From a virus, in IMG/VR virus record IMGVR_UViG_3300037141_000314, positions 3,456 through 67,455 of that record: a DNA stretch of 64,000 nucleotides, one strand, 5' to 3'. Both the position numbers and the translations under genes were made by a program. Within the stretch, counting starts at the first letter, position 1; the number at the start of each line of letters is the position of its first letter. Below the pieces are notes generated by a model. That model made no database searches and was not told the origin of the DNA. It saw only the letters and a list, made by a program, of their open reading frames with translations. Of this stretch, positions 54,484-63,712 are shown piece by piece.

Positions 54484-55170
54484 ATGAAGCTTTTTTTGTT
54501 TGTAATATTGGCGGCCGCTTCCGCGTTCGCTCAGACCAAGCCCGCGGTTCCGGCGCTCCCGAAGCTTTACACCTATTACCTTCTGCCCGGCGCCGGCGCA
54601 TATGCGTGGCTCTCGGTCGTAGTTGATGCGACGCTGACTCTCTCGGTTGACTCGACCGGGCAGGCCCACATTGGCGCAGCAAGCCAGCAGGGCACCGCGG
54701 GACCAGCTGGCGCAACCGGGCCGCAGGGCCCTCCCGGGCCGGCCGGACCGGCGGCCTCGGCCGGGCCTCCGGGCGTGCCAGGTCCGTCAGGCGCGACGGG
54801 AGCACCCGGAGCTCCGGGTGCACTCGCTATCCAAAGCGGCGGCAAAGCGATCGGCACCGCGACGACGCTCGATATCGAGCCCGGGATCGGTACGGTGTGC
54901 GTTCCGCAGCTCAACCCCGACAATGGCGTGATGACCCTTCAGTGCTCGTCCGACACCGCGATCATAGCGTTTCGCGTTCCGGCGCCCGTTTATGCTTCCA
55001 GCACGCCGGTGGTGCAACATCCCTGTGTGGATCCGGTGACGAGCTCGCCCTATAGCGCGAGCACGTGGGCCGCAGACGCCTCGTACTTTTATACGTGCGT
55101 CCCAAGTACTCCTGCGACCGTGCCGGTTTCGTTCGTCTGGTCGCGCGCTCCAGTGACTACGGGCTGGTGA
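54484..55170 (+). CDS. collagen-like (Gly-X-Y) protein with Sec signal peptide
   Basis: MKLFLFVILAAASAFA|Q; GPAGATGPQGPPGPAG; Y.YTCV....W.R C-terminal motif seen in phage fibres. Confidence 0.8.
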   Translation: MKLFLFVILAAASAFAQTKPAVPALPKLYTYYLLPGAGAYAWLSVVVDATLTLSVDSTGQAHIGAASQQGTAGPAGATGPQGPPGPAGPAASAGPPGVPGPSGATGAPGAPGALAIQSGGKAIGTATTLDIEPGIGTVCVPQLNPDNGVMTLQCSSDTAIIAFRVPAPVYASSTPVVQHPCVDPVTSSPYSASTWAADASYFYTCVPSTPATVPVSFVWSRAPVTTGW

Positions 55171-58100
55171 CGTAGAGCGGGACGTTCTCACCGGGCATCA
55201 TCACCGCGCCCGATGCGTCGAGATAGTCCAGCTCCATCAGCACGGATCCGGATCGCCTGTCGACCGATACCTCGCATGGTGAAACAGGGCACACCGTGGT
55301 CACCGCTTTTCCGGTCGCGGCCGTAATAGTTACCTGCGCCTGCGCGGCGCCAGTTTCCTCAACAGTGAACGGGATCATCACCGTGGCCGGATCCGGTGGA
55401 TCCACACCGCCGAGGCGAACCGCCGGCCAGCGCCAGGCCGCGCCCATCCCGAAGAAGAAGCCGGGCCACTTTCCGTTTGCCAGGCTGGCGTCTGACAGAT
55501 TTGTCGGAGCGAGGTTGGTTGCGTCGGACGCTGGATCGGAGTACGCGCCCGCGGCGTCGAAGGCCGGGTTGCCGAACACGGCACCATACATCTGATCGCC
55601 CCACGCCAGGTTGGCCGCGGTCGGGCTGGCGATGTATAGCTCAGAAATCGCGTTGGCGATCTCGGCGTTTTGCTCGCGGCCGACCGACATGCTGTCCTTG
55701 CTCCCTGTGGTGTAATTGCAGCCCGGCGACTTGGCGCTGAATGAGGCGGAGGACGACGGCGGGTTGACTGGCGAGCACAGCTGATATCCGACGCCGTAGT
55801 TAGTGGTGAGGGACGCGATGTCGGTTCCAACATCGTGCAGCCAGTGAGCAATCCCGCTGCTGAGCTTCTGGTAGAAAGAGGCGACGGCGGCAAGCGCAGG
55901 ATCGGTGACGCGGGAAAGAAACCCGGTGCCGAGCGCGCGAACTCCCAAATAGAACGGCTGCACTCCGGTGCCCACGACGTTGCTCAGGTTGCCGACATAG
56001 GTGGATCCGGTTGCACCGGGCCACGCGTGATCGAGGGTCAGGGTGCCGTCGGCGTTCGCTATGCAGTTGAAGCCGTGGCTAAGATTCGCAGTATCGTTAT
56101 TGTCGGTCCCGAATGTCAGCATATTCGTGCTGCCGTTATTTGTGCTCGTGCTCATCCAGCTCACCGTGCCCGAGTCATACGGCCACAGGACCGCCAGATT
56201 TCCATTCGCCGCCATAAATTGCGAAGCGAACGGAGCGCCGCCCGATACGCCGGCCAGCGTCAGCGCGTCAAAGCCGGACGACGGAAACGGCGTGCTGCCG
56301 GCCGTCACAGTGATCACTGAACTGCCATGCACGACCGTGGCGAAGCCCTGCGCGGTTCCGATGCAAGCTGCTGCCGGAAGGCCACCAGGAGCACTCACAG
56401 TCGTCGAGCCATTCGTCAGTGTGAGCGGGCCGAAGCCTCCGTTGTATCCGAGGCCTCCGCCGCGGCTTCCCGACGGATTGAATAAGTAAGAGTTCGTGAA
56501 GCTGTTGTCTGCCGTCTTGCAGGCCGCGTCGTTGGCCGCCATCTGCACAATGTCTTTTTGCCAGCGCGCCCGCCAGATCGGATCCGGATCATAAGTTCCG
56601 GCATAGCCAACCCACTCATAAGCGTATCCGGTGTTGCGCTGGTCGTACACATTGCAGCCCGAGGTCGCTGTCGTGTTGACGTACTCCTCGCCCTGCTCCG
56701 CGTAACTGCGGAGGCTCGCCCAGCTTGGCGCACCGTCCGATCCGAGGATCGCGGCGAAGAAACTTCCAATCACCGGGCCGCCGGTAACGAGCGGGGCGTA
56801 ACCGTTGCCGATCGGATTTCCCCACGGCGAGTTGAGGAGGCAGCAGTCAATCAGGTCTGCGGCGTTTTTCGCCTCGTCCAGACCGGAGCGGAAGTACAAA
56901 GAGCGCGCCATGGTGTTCTCTGCATAGAAAAACGTGCCCGCGATCGCAGCGTTGGCGAAGAAGCCTTCGTTGGCCGCGTTGGCGTCAAAGCTGTACTGGC
57001 GGCCGGTCTGCGGCAGCGCGTCGAGCAGGGTAATATCGTGCGCGCCATTCACGGGATCGATGTAGAGCGTCGTTGGGCTCTCGCATCCCGTCACAAACCA
57101 GAACCACTCGCCGATGCCGGCTGTGTCCACGGTAAGGTTCGCACGAAGATCGATGCGTGCTGCAGCGCCTGGCGAGGCACCCTTCGGGCAAACCGCGGCG
57201 TTGGGATCGTTTAAGAAGTCAGTTCCAACGCCCGTGACTTTGAACTGACCAACCATCGAACCAGCCGACCACGCTGCGGCTGGCTCAGATCCGGCGCAGA
57301 TCGCCAGTATGTTTGGAGTCGGGATTGTCTGGGCGCAGATACGGACCTCCGTCTCGGCGCCGCCATTGAACAACAGGATTCTTGTCGGCAGGGTGCTGAG
57401 GTCGATGCACGCTGCATTTGTCACCACTACGAACATCGACCCGGCTGGCACATCGGCAGCCAGCCCGTTCGGGCAGGACTTGTCGCCCAGCGGCGTGCCT
57501 GTGCCGTCCCACGTATAGCTCACGGTCCCAGCTCCCACCTTTTCCCACCTGCTCGAATTGCCAAGCCAGCCGGCCGCCTGATACGCGGGCACGCGCAAAT
57601 CGAGAGCGCGCTTATTAAGCCTGTCCGCAGAGCCCCACGGAATTTTGCCCCACGTCATCATGTCGCCGTACAGAGCCGTTACATTCGGGTCAGCCGGGAT
57701 CACGATGCCCTTCGAATCCTGAGCCACCGCGCCAACGTCGACCGCGGTTGTGGTGCAGGCGCTGGTGTTGTCACACACGGTCAATGCAATCCGGTAGTCG
57801 CCGAAGATTACGCCAGTGGGCGCGGGCGTTCCGGACGTCAGTGAATCCCAGAAGAGCCGCGACGGGCCCGAGAGTTGTTTCCACGCCCACGTGACCGCGG
57901 CCGACGTATCGGACTGGGAGTAGCTGGACGTGCCATCGAGCGGCATCGGAAAACCCGCGCGGGCCGTCGTTACATCGGCCCAGCTTCTCCAGTTGCTTTT
58001 GATCGAGGCGTAAGGCGCCAGGACAGGCGTCGGCACATAAGTCGGAATAAATACCCCAGGTGACCCGTAGGCATAGTTGGCAGGGTAGTTGCCGCCGCAT

Positions 58101-58702
58101 GAATCACTCAGGTCGCCCTCGAACTTCCACTCGAACACGCAGCTCGCGTCTTGGCTGAAGGTGACCGGCGCGCGGGAATTCATCGGGACCAGAGTCGAGA
58201 GTACTCGCATGAAGGCAACGTTCACGACCGGCTCGTTTCCGTAGCCCATGACGAGGCCGCTTCCGGTGTTGGTCTCCGTCGTGTATGGCACAGAGACCGC
58301 GTAGAAGCGGCTGCCGTTGCTCCAGCCCTCATACTCATCGGCCTTAGCTATGACGTTGTGCTGCGCGCGCACGCTGACGTCTGTCATGCCGTCGACCGGG
58401 ATGAACGAGCCGAGGCCGTCATCCCACGTGTTACGGAGTGACACCCCTTCGCCGACGCCGGTCTGGTTAGCAAGATAGGCAACCCACCCAGTGGCACCCT
58501 GGTACGTCGGCCAGACCCCGGTGCCTGCTATCAGGTGAGTGTAGCTGTTCGGCGTCCAGTCGTGAATGCGAAACTCCACGCGGTTGTTGATGGTCAGCCG
58601 GATCGCGGTGTTCGAAATCGTCTGTGGTCCGTACTGGATGCTCTGGCCGGCGAAAGCCGGCAGCGCGAGCGCGGCGAAAAAGCAAGCGAGGGTTTTGTTC
58701 AC
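55157..58702 (-). CDS. large secreted multidomain protein (PKD-like domain, possible carbohydrate-active or adhesin function)
   Basis: Signal peptide MNKTLACFFAALALPAFA; PKD-like LDGTSS....TWAWKQLSGP; many Cys. Confidence 0.7.
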   Translation of the reverse strand: MNKTLACFFAALALPAFAGQSIQYGPQTISNTAIRLTINNRVEFRIHDWTPNSYTHLIAGTGVWPTYQGATGWVAYLANQTGVGEGVSLRNTWDDGLGSFIPVDGMTDVSVRAQHNVIAKADEYEGWSNGSRFYAVSVPYTTETNTGSGLVMGYGNEPVVNVAFMRVLSTLVPMNSRAPVTFSQDASCVFEWKFEGDLSDSCGGNYPANYAYGSPGVFIPTYVPTPVLAPYASIKSNWRSWADVTTARAGFPMPLDGTSSYSQSDTSAAVTWAWKQLSGPSRLFWDSLTSGTPAPTGVIFGDYRIALTVCDNTSACTTTAVDVGAVAQDSKGIVIPADPNVTALYGDMMTWGKIPWGSADRLNKRALDLRVPAYQAAGWLGNSSRWEKVGAGTVSYTWDGTGTPLGDKSCPNGLAADVPAGSMFVVVTNAACIDLSTLPTRILLFNGGAETEVRICAQTIPTPNILAICAGSEPAAAWSAGSMVGQFKVTGVGTDFLNDPNAAVCPKGASPGAAARIDLRANLTVDTAGIGEWFWFVTGCESPTTLYIDPVNGAHDITLLDALPQTGRQYSFDANAANEGFFANAAIAGTFFYAENTMARSLYFRSGLDEAKNAADLIDCCLLNSPWGNPIGNGYAPLVTGGPVIGSFFAAILGSDGAPSWASLRSYAEQGEEYVNTTATSGCNVYDQRNTGYAYEWVGYAGTYDPDPIWRARWQKDIVQMAANDAACKTADNSFTNSYLFNPSGSRGGGLGYNGGFGPLTLTNGSTTVSAPGGLPAAACIGTAQGFATVVHGSSVITVTAGSTPFPSSGFDALTLAGVSGGAPFASQFMAANGNLAVLWPYDSGTVSWMSTSTNNGSTNMLTFGTDNNDTANLSHGFNCIANADGTLTLDHAWPGATGSTYVGNLSNVVGTGVQPFYLGVRALGTGFLSRVTDPALAAVASFYQKLSSGIAHWLHDVGTDIASLTTNYGVGYQLCSPVNPPSSSASFSAKSPGCNYTTGSKDSMSVGREQNAEIANAISELYIASPTAANLAWGDQMYGAVFGNPAFDAAGAYSDPASDATNLAPTNLSDASLANGKWPGFFFGMGAAWRWPAVRLGGVDPPDPATVMIPFTVEETGAAQAQVTITAATGKAVTTVCPVSPCEVSVDRRSGSVLMELDYLDASGAVMMPGENVPLYVTSP

Positions 58703-58708
58703 GCTTGT

Positions 58709-58738
58709 TAATCGGCGCGCGGGCGGGAAACGTGCAAA
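58709..58738 (-). promoter_or_regulatory. phage sigma-28-like promoter, copy 3
   Basis: TTTGCACG-N14-GCCGATTA, 6 nt before the GTG at 58702. Confidence 0.8.
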
Positions 58739-58828
58739 CAGTCAAGTAGACTTTACTTGCGGTCGGTGCTGGACTCATTAAACCGAGAGATGGTGAATGG
58801 GACGGAATCCAGCATCGGCCCGTTTTTC

Positions 58829-59890
58829 CTACGCCGCCTTTTTCGCCGGCGTTCCGCGTTCGTAGCTCGAAACGCTGCGGGAACCGGTTTGCGCGACCGA
58901 GGTGACACTGGCTGCCACGTCGGGGGAGGTATAGAGCGCCAGATCCTTCAGCGTCGTCTTCGCAAATGTGCCGAAGAGTTTGATTCCTATTTTTTTGATC
59001 AGCGCCACGATGTCGACGGTGCTGACGTTGCTGCGCGGTCCGATCAGCACAGTGAAACGATCACCCGACGCTTCGAAGCCGCGGGTTGCATCGGCATCGT
59101 CGTACATACCGCGCGCCCATTCGCGAAGACTCGCCTGGCGGGTCAGTTTCGATTTAAGCGGCGCGAAAAACTGGTCTAATTCGCCCAGCTCGTCCAGATT
59201 CTTTTTGCGATCCGCTTCGAGCGCGGCCGCGGGCGATACGGAAATAGGAACTACTTTGCTGGTTTGGGTGGGTTTGGGCACACTACTATATCGGCGCGGG
59301 GTTGCCCGACCGTGCAAACCGAGGTGCCTTTGTATTTCCGTGATCGCAGCGTCGTGCTCGAAAAACACCATCCGCAGCGACATACAGAGCTCCTCGGCGA
59401 TCGCCGGCATCGTCATCTCGGCCGAGCCGTAGCGCATGGAGAGAATACACCGCCGATCGGCAGTGAGCCATGTGGCGGCCTCCGCAATCCGGCACAGCTG
59501 GTCTCGGCGTTCCGCCTGAGCGGCCTGCGTTGGCGCACAGGCGGGCAGGGGCACGCCGTCGCTCTCGTCCGCGGTACGGAACGGTAGGCACGTATTGGCG
59601 GTCCAGTGGCGCCGCCGGACGGATTCGAGCATCGCGCCGCGGATCCGCGTGTGCGCAAACGTTGAAAACGAGGCGCGGGTAGAGCCCGGGGTGGGGTGCG
59701 CCGCCGAGTCATATCGCTTGGCGGCGTGGAGCAGGCCAATCACGCCTTCCTGCACGAGGTCATCGATAGGGAATGAAGGTGGCAGGCTACGGCTCAGGCT
59801 GCGGCTCAGGCTGCGGGCGATATGGCGGACGAGGGGAAGGTGCGCGTCGACAAGTTCAGCCTGGCGTGATGTGCTGTTTTTCACTGCCAT
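58829..59890 (-). CDS. FliA/WhiG-like sigma-70 family factor with an in-frame C-terminal extra domain
   Basis: HLPLVRHIAR...DDLVQEG.IGLL.AA.RYD...FSTFA..RIRGAML..VR (region 2); region 4 HTH ends near aa 190. Confidence 0.88.
   Translation of the reverse strand: MAVKNSTSRQAELVDAHLPLVRHIARSLSRSLSRSLPPSFPIDDLVQEGVIGLLHAAKRYDSAAHPTPGSTRASFSTFAHTRIRGAMLESVRRRHWTANTCLPFRTADESDGVPLPACAPTQAAQAERRDQLCRIAEAATWLTADRRCILSMRYGSAEMTMPAIAEELCMSLRMVFFEHDAAITEIQRHLGLHGRATPRRYSSVPKPTQTSKVVPISVSPAAALEADRKKNLDELGELDQFFAPLKSKLTRQASLREWARGMYDDADATRGFEASGDRFTVLIGPRSNVSTVDIVALIKKIGIKLFGTFAKTTLKDLALYTSPDVAASVTSVAQTGSRSVSSYERGTPAKKAA
59288..59318 (-). promoter_or_regulatory. phage sigma-28-like promoter, copy 4, inside the sigma ORF
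   Basis: TTTGCACG-N15-GCCGATAT, 6 nt before the in-frame GTG at 59281. Confidence 0.75.
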
Positions 59891-59903
59891 ACTGGTGGAC
59901 GAT

Positions 59904-60218
59904 ATGAGCTTACCGCGAAAAACCCGCCAAACGTCGCTTTGTAGCCCGGACGCTACAGGAATCCATAGCGTGGCCGCAACGGTTGGGTTGGCGGTGTTGC
60001 GCTACCGCGACGCCAACGGCCTCACACAGGCCGCTCTGGCGCGCAAGTGTAGTATTTCTCGCAGTCGATACAACCAGGTCGAATCGTGCCGCCAAACCGG
60101 CATGCACGTGGTCACGCTCATGCGCCTCGCGGACGGCTGCGAAAAAACGCCGAACGACATGCTCGGCTTCGTTCTCGACCGGCGGCTGATGCCCGGGGTT
60201 TGGGACGCGGTTCGGTAG
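59904..60218 (+). CDS. XRE-family HTH regulator
   Basis: R..NGLTQAALA....ISRS.Y..VE....TL.RLA; divergent from the sigma gene. Confidence 0.8.
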   Translation: MSLPRKTRQTSLCSPDATGIHSVAATVGLAVLRYRDANGLTQAALARKCSISRSRYNQVESCRQTGMHVVTLMRLADGCEKTPNDMLGFVLDRRLMPGVWDAVR

Positions 60219-60509
60219 GGGTTTTCCGCCTGCGGTCGCAGTCGCCGCGTCCGGATCCGGCGCGGGAAGGGCGCGAACGGGATCACGCCCATTCGAAAGG
60301 AAGCTTTTTGCCCGGAGCAGGCGCGGTGCTTGTCCAGGACTTAAAGAGCCGCGGCGCGGGCTTTGACGCGACGCTTCCGAATGCCTTTTTGGATGCGACC
60401 GCGTAGCGGGAGCTCGGGACGACTTATCAAATTCACAAGGCGCGCGGCGCGCCGCTTCAGAAAGAAGAAGGTCAAAAGCCCTTAAAGGCTTTAAAGTCAA
60501 AGGCTAGAA

Positions 60510-60575
60510 GTAGTAACCGGTGCCATACATGCATGGTAATCCGTACCATACGGGGCGTAGTAACGGTTACCACGC
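60510..60575. repeat. three iteron-like repeats (candidate replication origin)
   Basis: GTAGTAACCGGTGCCATAC / ATGGTAATCCGTACCATAC / GTAGTAACGGTTACCACGC next to an A/T-rich tract. Confidence 0.5.
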
Positions 60576-60802
60576 CTGTGGACGGATCTGTGGGGCGACC
60601 GGGCGCCTTCGATTGGCGTTTTCGATGGCTCGCGGGTCCAGTTATAAGGGAAGCGTCAAGGCGTACGGGTGAAACGGTCGCTGCGGATCGACGTCCAGCC
60701 TGGGAAGCTGGCAGTCATTCGGTAGCGAGCGAGAAAAATGGCGAATGCGTAGCGAAACGCGAACGTAAGGCGAAACTGCGGCGCGAGCCGCGGGCCGGGC
60801 GG

Positions 60803-61759
60803 TCAGCCCTCTTTCTGCTCCCAATCGGCCATTACCCGATGGCGAACGTGCCGGCGAATCGCGCCGCCCAGAAACCAGCCGGGCGTCGGCTTCGGGTAGT
60901 TCCGCGCCTGGCTCGGGCTCGGCTTGTAGTCCGCCGCTGCGTCCCTGATAACCTCGACAACCGTGAGGCAGGGGAACGGGCCACCGTAGCCGAGCTCCGC
61001 GTAACCGGTACGCTTCGCCTCGGCGCGGGCGTCGGCAATGATGTCGTTCGCGTCTTTGAGACAGCATGCGCCACTCCAGCGCATCAGCTCCATCAGGACG
61101 GCGTTGACATCTTCGTCGTTGTCCATCGGTTGCGGTGGCGCGATCGGCGCGACGTTCGCTGGAACGATGGCTGCCTCGACGATCTCAGCCAGGCCGCGCC
61201 CGCAACCCTTCTTCGGCGCGCGATTACGGTCTATTTGCCAGTCCACCTCGCCCTCTTCGACGGTCATGAACTGTTTTGATCGCTTCCGCGCAACGACCGA
61301 ATCTTTATAGGCAGTGTGGAACCACTCAGGGTTCGCGCGCCAGGCGGGCAGGATGTCGCCAAAATGCAGCGCGAAATAGACGGTGTGCGTGCGCTGCTTG
61401 CCCTTATAGTGGCGGTGGAACACCTCCAGCACGCCTTTCGCGATCAGCGCTTTGACTGCGTTGTAGACGGTCTTTCTGGCAAGGCCGGTCCCTTGCGCCA
61501 TCTTCGTGTAGCCGGGCGGTTTGCAAATAAAGCCGCGCCTCTCGCCTTTCTTGCTGCCGTCCTGTGATTTTGTCCAGTGTTTCTCGGTAATGTAGGCAAG
61601 CACGCGCTGCTGCGTCAGCGAAAGGCCATCGCCAACGGATGAGACCACGTACGGGATCGCGAGGTTCAGCGGCGTATCGGGCGGCGGCGTCCACCAATCC
61701 GTCCCGCGCGTTTTCGGTCCGCGCGGTTGTTTCTGCGTTGCTTGCCCGGCGCTGCTCAT
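60803..61759 (-). CDS. putative replication initiator (winged HTH)
   Basis: L..TQQRVL.YI ... PGYTKMAQGTGLARKTVYNAVKALIAKGVLE. Confidence 0.7.
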   Translation of the reverse strand: MSSAGQATQKQPRGPKTRGTDWWTPPPDTPLNLAIPYVVSSVGDGLSLTQQRVLAYITEKHWTKSQDGSKKGERRGFICKPPGYTKMAQGTGLARKTVYNAVKALIAKGVLEVFHRHYKGKQRTHTVYFALHFGDILPAWRANPEWFHTAYKDSVVARKRSKQFMTVEEGEVDWQIDRNRAPKKGCGRGLAEIVEAAIVPANVAPIAPPQPMDNDEDVNAVLMELMRWSGACCLKDANDIIADARAEAKRTGYAELGYGGPFPCLTVVEVIRDAAADYKPSPSQARNYPKPTPGWFLGGAIRRHVRHRVMADWEQKEG

Positions 61760-62115
61760 TCCGGTCTCCAGCCCGGAAAAACCAAGCGGGGGTAACGAAA
61801 TTCGCACGTCTCCGGATCAATAGCCGCCTCGGCGGCGCGATAGATCCCGTCCAGCCGTTGCTCGTAGGCGGGCGCGGGCTTCACATGGGGAATGAGCCAG
61901 CAAACCGCAATAGCGCGCACGATGAGCGCCTCACCATAGCCAAGGCGTGCGAGATCGTCGTACACCCCGGCCCATGTGTTGTCGTTTGGACGCTTCACGG
62001 ACGCCTCCAATGCCGAATTGAACGCCCGTATCAACTCATCACCCCGAACTGTAGCTATAGCGCTCATGCCCTCGTTTTTCGTCGTAGCCTGCGCAGGTAC
62101 TTCAGGCGGTACCAC
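61756..62115 (-). CDS. hypothetical protein
   Basis: Coupled ORF; true start probably ~62067. Confidence 0.45.
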   Translation of the reverse strand: MVPPEVPAQATTKNEGMSAIATVRGDELIRAFNSALEASVKRPNDNTWAGVYDDLARLGYGEALIVRAIAVCWLIPHVKPAPAYEQRLDGIYRAAEAAIDPETCEFRYPRLVFPGWRPE

Positions 62116-62589
62116 TCGCGCAGGTGCGCCTTACGGCAGGCCTCGCAGCGCGTGGCCGGGTTGCCGGCCTGCGTTTCGAACACCGCGCCGCAGGGCACGG
62201 TTATACCCCGTGAGGTATAGCCCTCGCACCGGTATCGGCTGGCGGGCCATTGGAAGCCACCGCGTCCCACGGTCGAATAGCGCATCAGGTAACCAGAGGG
62301 CACGGGATTGCGGAAGCGCAGCTTCATCGCCCTCCTCCGTCGCCGGCGGCGTCCGGCTCGAGCAGCTCGCCGAGCGGATCGAGGTCCGCGCCCGCCGCGT
62401 CCCGCCAGCGCCCAGTCTCGTCGCGGTACCCGTATCGATCCGGCTCGCGTTGACATGCCGCACCCGGGGACGCCGGAGGGCGTGGCGTCCCGGGCGCGGG
62501 TGCGTCGCCGGCAAGGACAGCCGGCGCGCCGCCGAAAAACGGAGCGCCAGGGCCGGCGAGGGCGGGGAAATGGGAGGACCAGCAAAAGC

Positions 62590-62832
62590 TCATGCGGTTG
62601 GCCCTTTCGCGTTGTACTGGCGGACGAGGGCCTGCGCACGGATCAGATAGTCTTTGGCATCGCGCAGGCGCTGGCGCTGCTCGTATTCTTCGGCCGAATG
62701 GGTCAGCGCCCCGCGCTGCAATTCCTCTTCGTCGAGGCCCGCGATCGCGTGCCCGATCCAGATGATCGGGCCGTCGATCGGCAGCGGGCGCGTCGCCGGC
62801 TGTTGTTCGAAGGCGCGGGCGGCGCTGCTCAA
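62590..62832 (-). CDS. hypothetical protein
   Basis: Coupled ORF in the minus-strand early run. Confidence 0.5.
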   Translation of the reverse strand: MSSAARAFEQQPATRPLPIDGPIIWIGHAIAGLDEEELQRGALTHSAEEYEQRQRLRDAKDYLIRAQALVRQYNAKGPTA

Positions 62833-63083
62833 TTGGAACTCCTTCCGAGAAGCGAATTAACCAAAGCATCTAACGAAGCCCGGCCCGCGGGGTCCGATGC
62901 GAAAAGGAGCTGCTCCTTTATCGCTTCTCGCGGTCTCAGCTCCTGCAGCAGCGCGAGCGCCTCGTCCCGGTCTGCATCGCAAGGTGGATCTCGAAAGTCG
63001 ATTGAAACAGCTGCTATGGCGAAGCTGTCTTCGCGCTTCCAGCGCGCCACGTTGCCGCTCGCGAGCGTCTTTTCGCCCATCAT
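62829..63083 (-). CDS. hypothetical protein
   Basis: Coupled ORF. Confidence 0.45.
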   Translation of the reverse strand: MMGEKTLASGNVARWKREDSFAIAAVSIDFRDPPCDADRDEALALLQELRPREAIKEQLLFASDPAGRASLDALVNSLLGRSSN

Positions 63084-63322
63084 AGAATCATCCTCAGCGG
63101 GAAGGCGCGCGTTGCATCGCTCGGTTCGCGCTGCTCGATCAGTTCGCTATCGAATTGGCTCTGATCATCTGTTTTAAGTACCCCGATTCGCGAAACCAGG
63201 CATGTAACCGGGATGCCGCTGTCGGTCTGACCCTCCCAAACGCGACACGGAAATCCGGGCTCTTCCGAAACAGTCGTCACCAGGTAAACCACGCGCGACG
63301 TGCTCTCAATGGTGATCTTCAT
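63080..63322 (-). CDS. hypothetical phage protein
   Basis: MKITIEST..V....PCRVWEG.T.SGIPV..L...I....QF..EL pattern. Confidence 0.65.
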   Translation of the reverse strand: MKITIESTSRVVYLVTTVSEEPGFPCRVWEGQTDSGIPVTCLVSRIGVLKTDDQSQFDSELIEQREPSDATRAFPLRMIL

Positions 63323-63712
63323 TGCTCGCTCCGGTCGCGCGTGCATGCGCGGATCTCCGCGTCCGTCGCGAGCCGCGGATCGTCGAGAATCTCGGCCAAC
63401 TCGTAATCGAATCCGTGGCGAACGCGCTGCACGGGCTCGGCAGGGGCCGGCGCCGAGCCATAGGCGTGAAGGCGTGCGATTTTCTGTCGCACCTGCTCTT
63501 CCCGGGATACGGCCGCAACGTTGGGGACCGAAGGACCGTGCCAGGAAATAGCGCGCAGGCTGGCATGCATTTGGCGTTCGCCTTCCTCTGTCAGTTCGGG
63601 AACTGGAGGTGTCGGCCTGACGCCTGTCCAGCTCGGCTGGGCGTTCGGAAACGTCGCCAGCATAAAGCTTTTCCGCGTGCGGTGGAAGACGAATTCGGGG
63701 CCTTCACTCATG
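63319..63712 (-). CDS. hypothetical protein
   Basis: Starts MSEGPEF after a GGGAGG RBS; start coordinate approximate. Confidence 0.45.
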
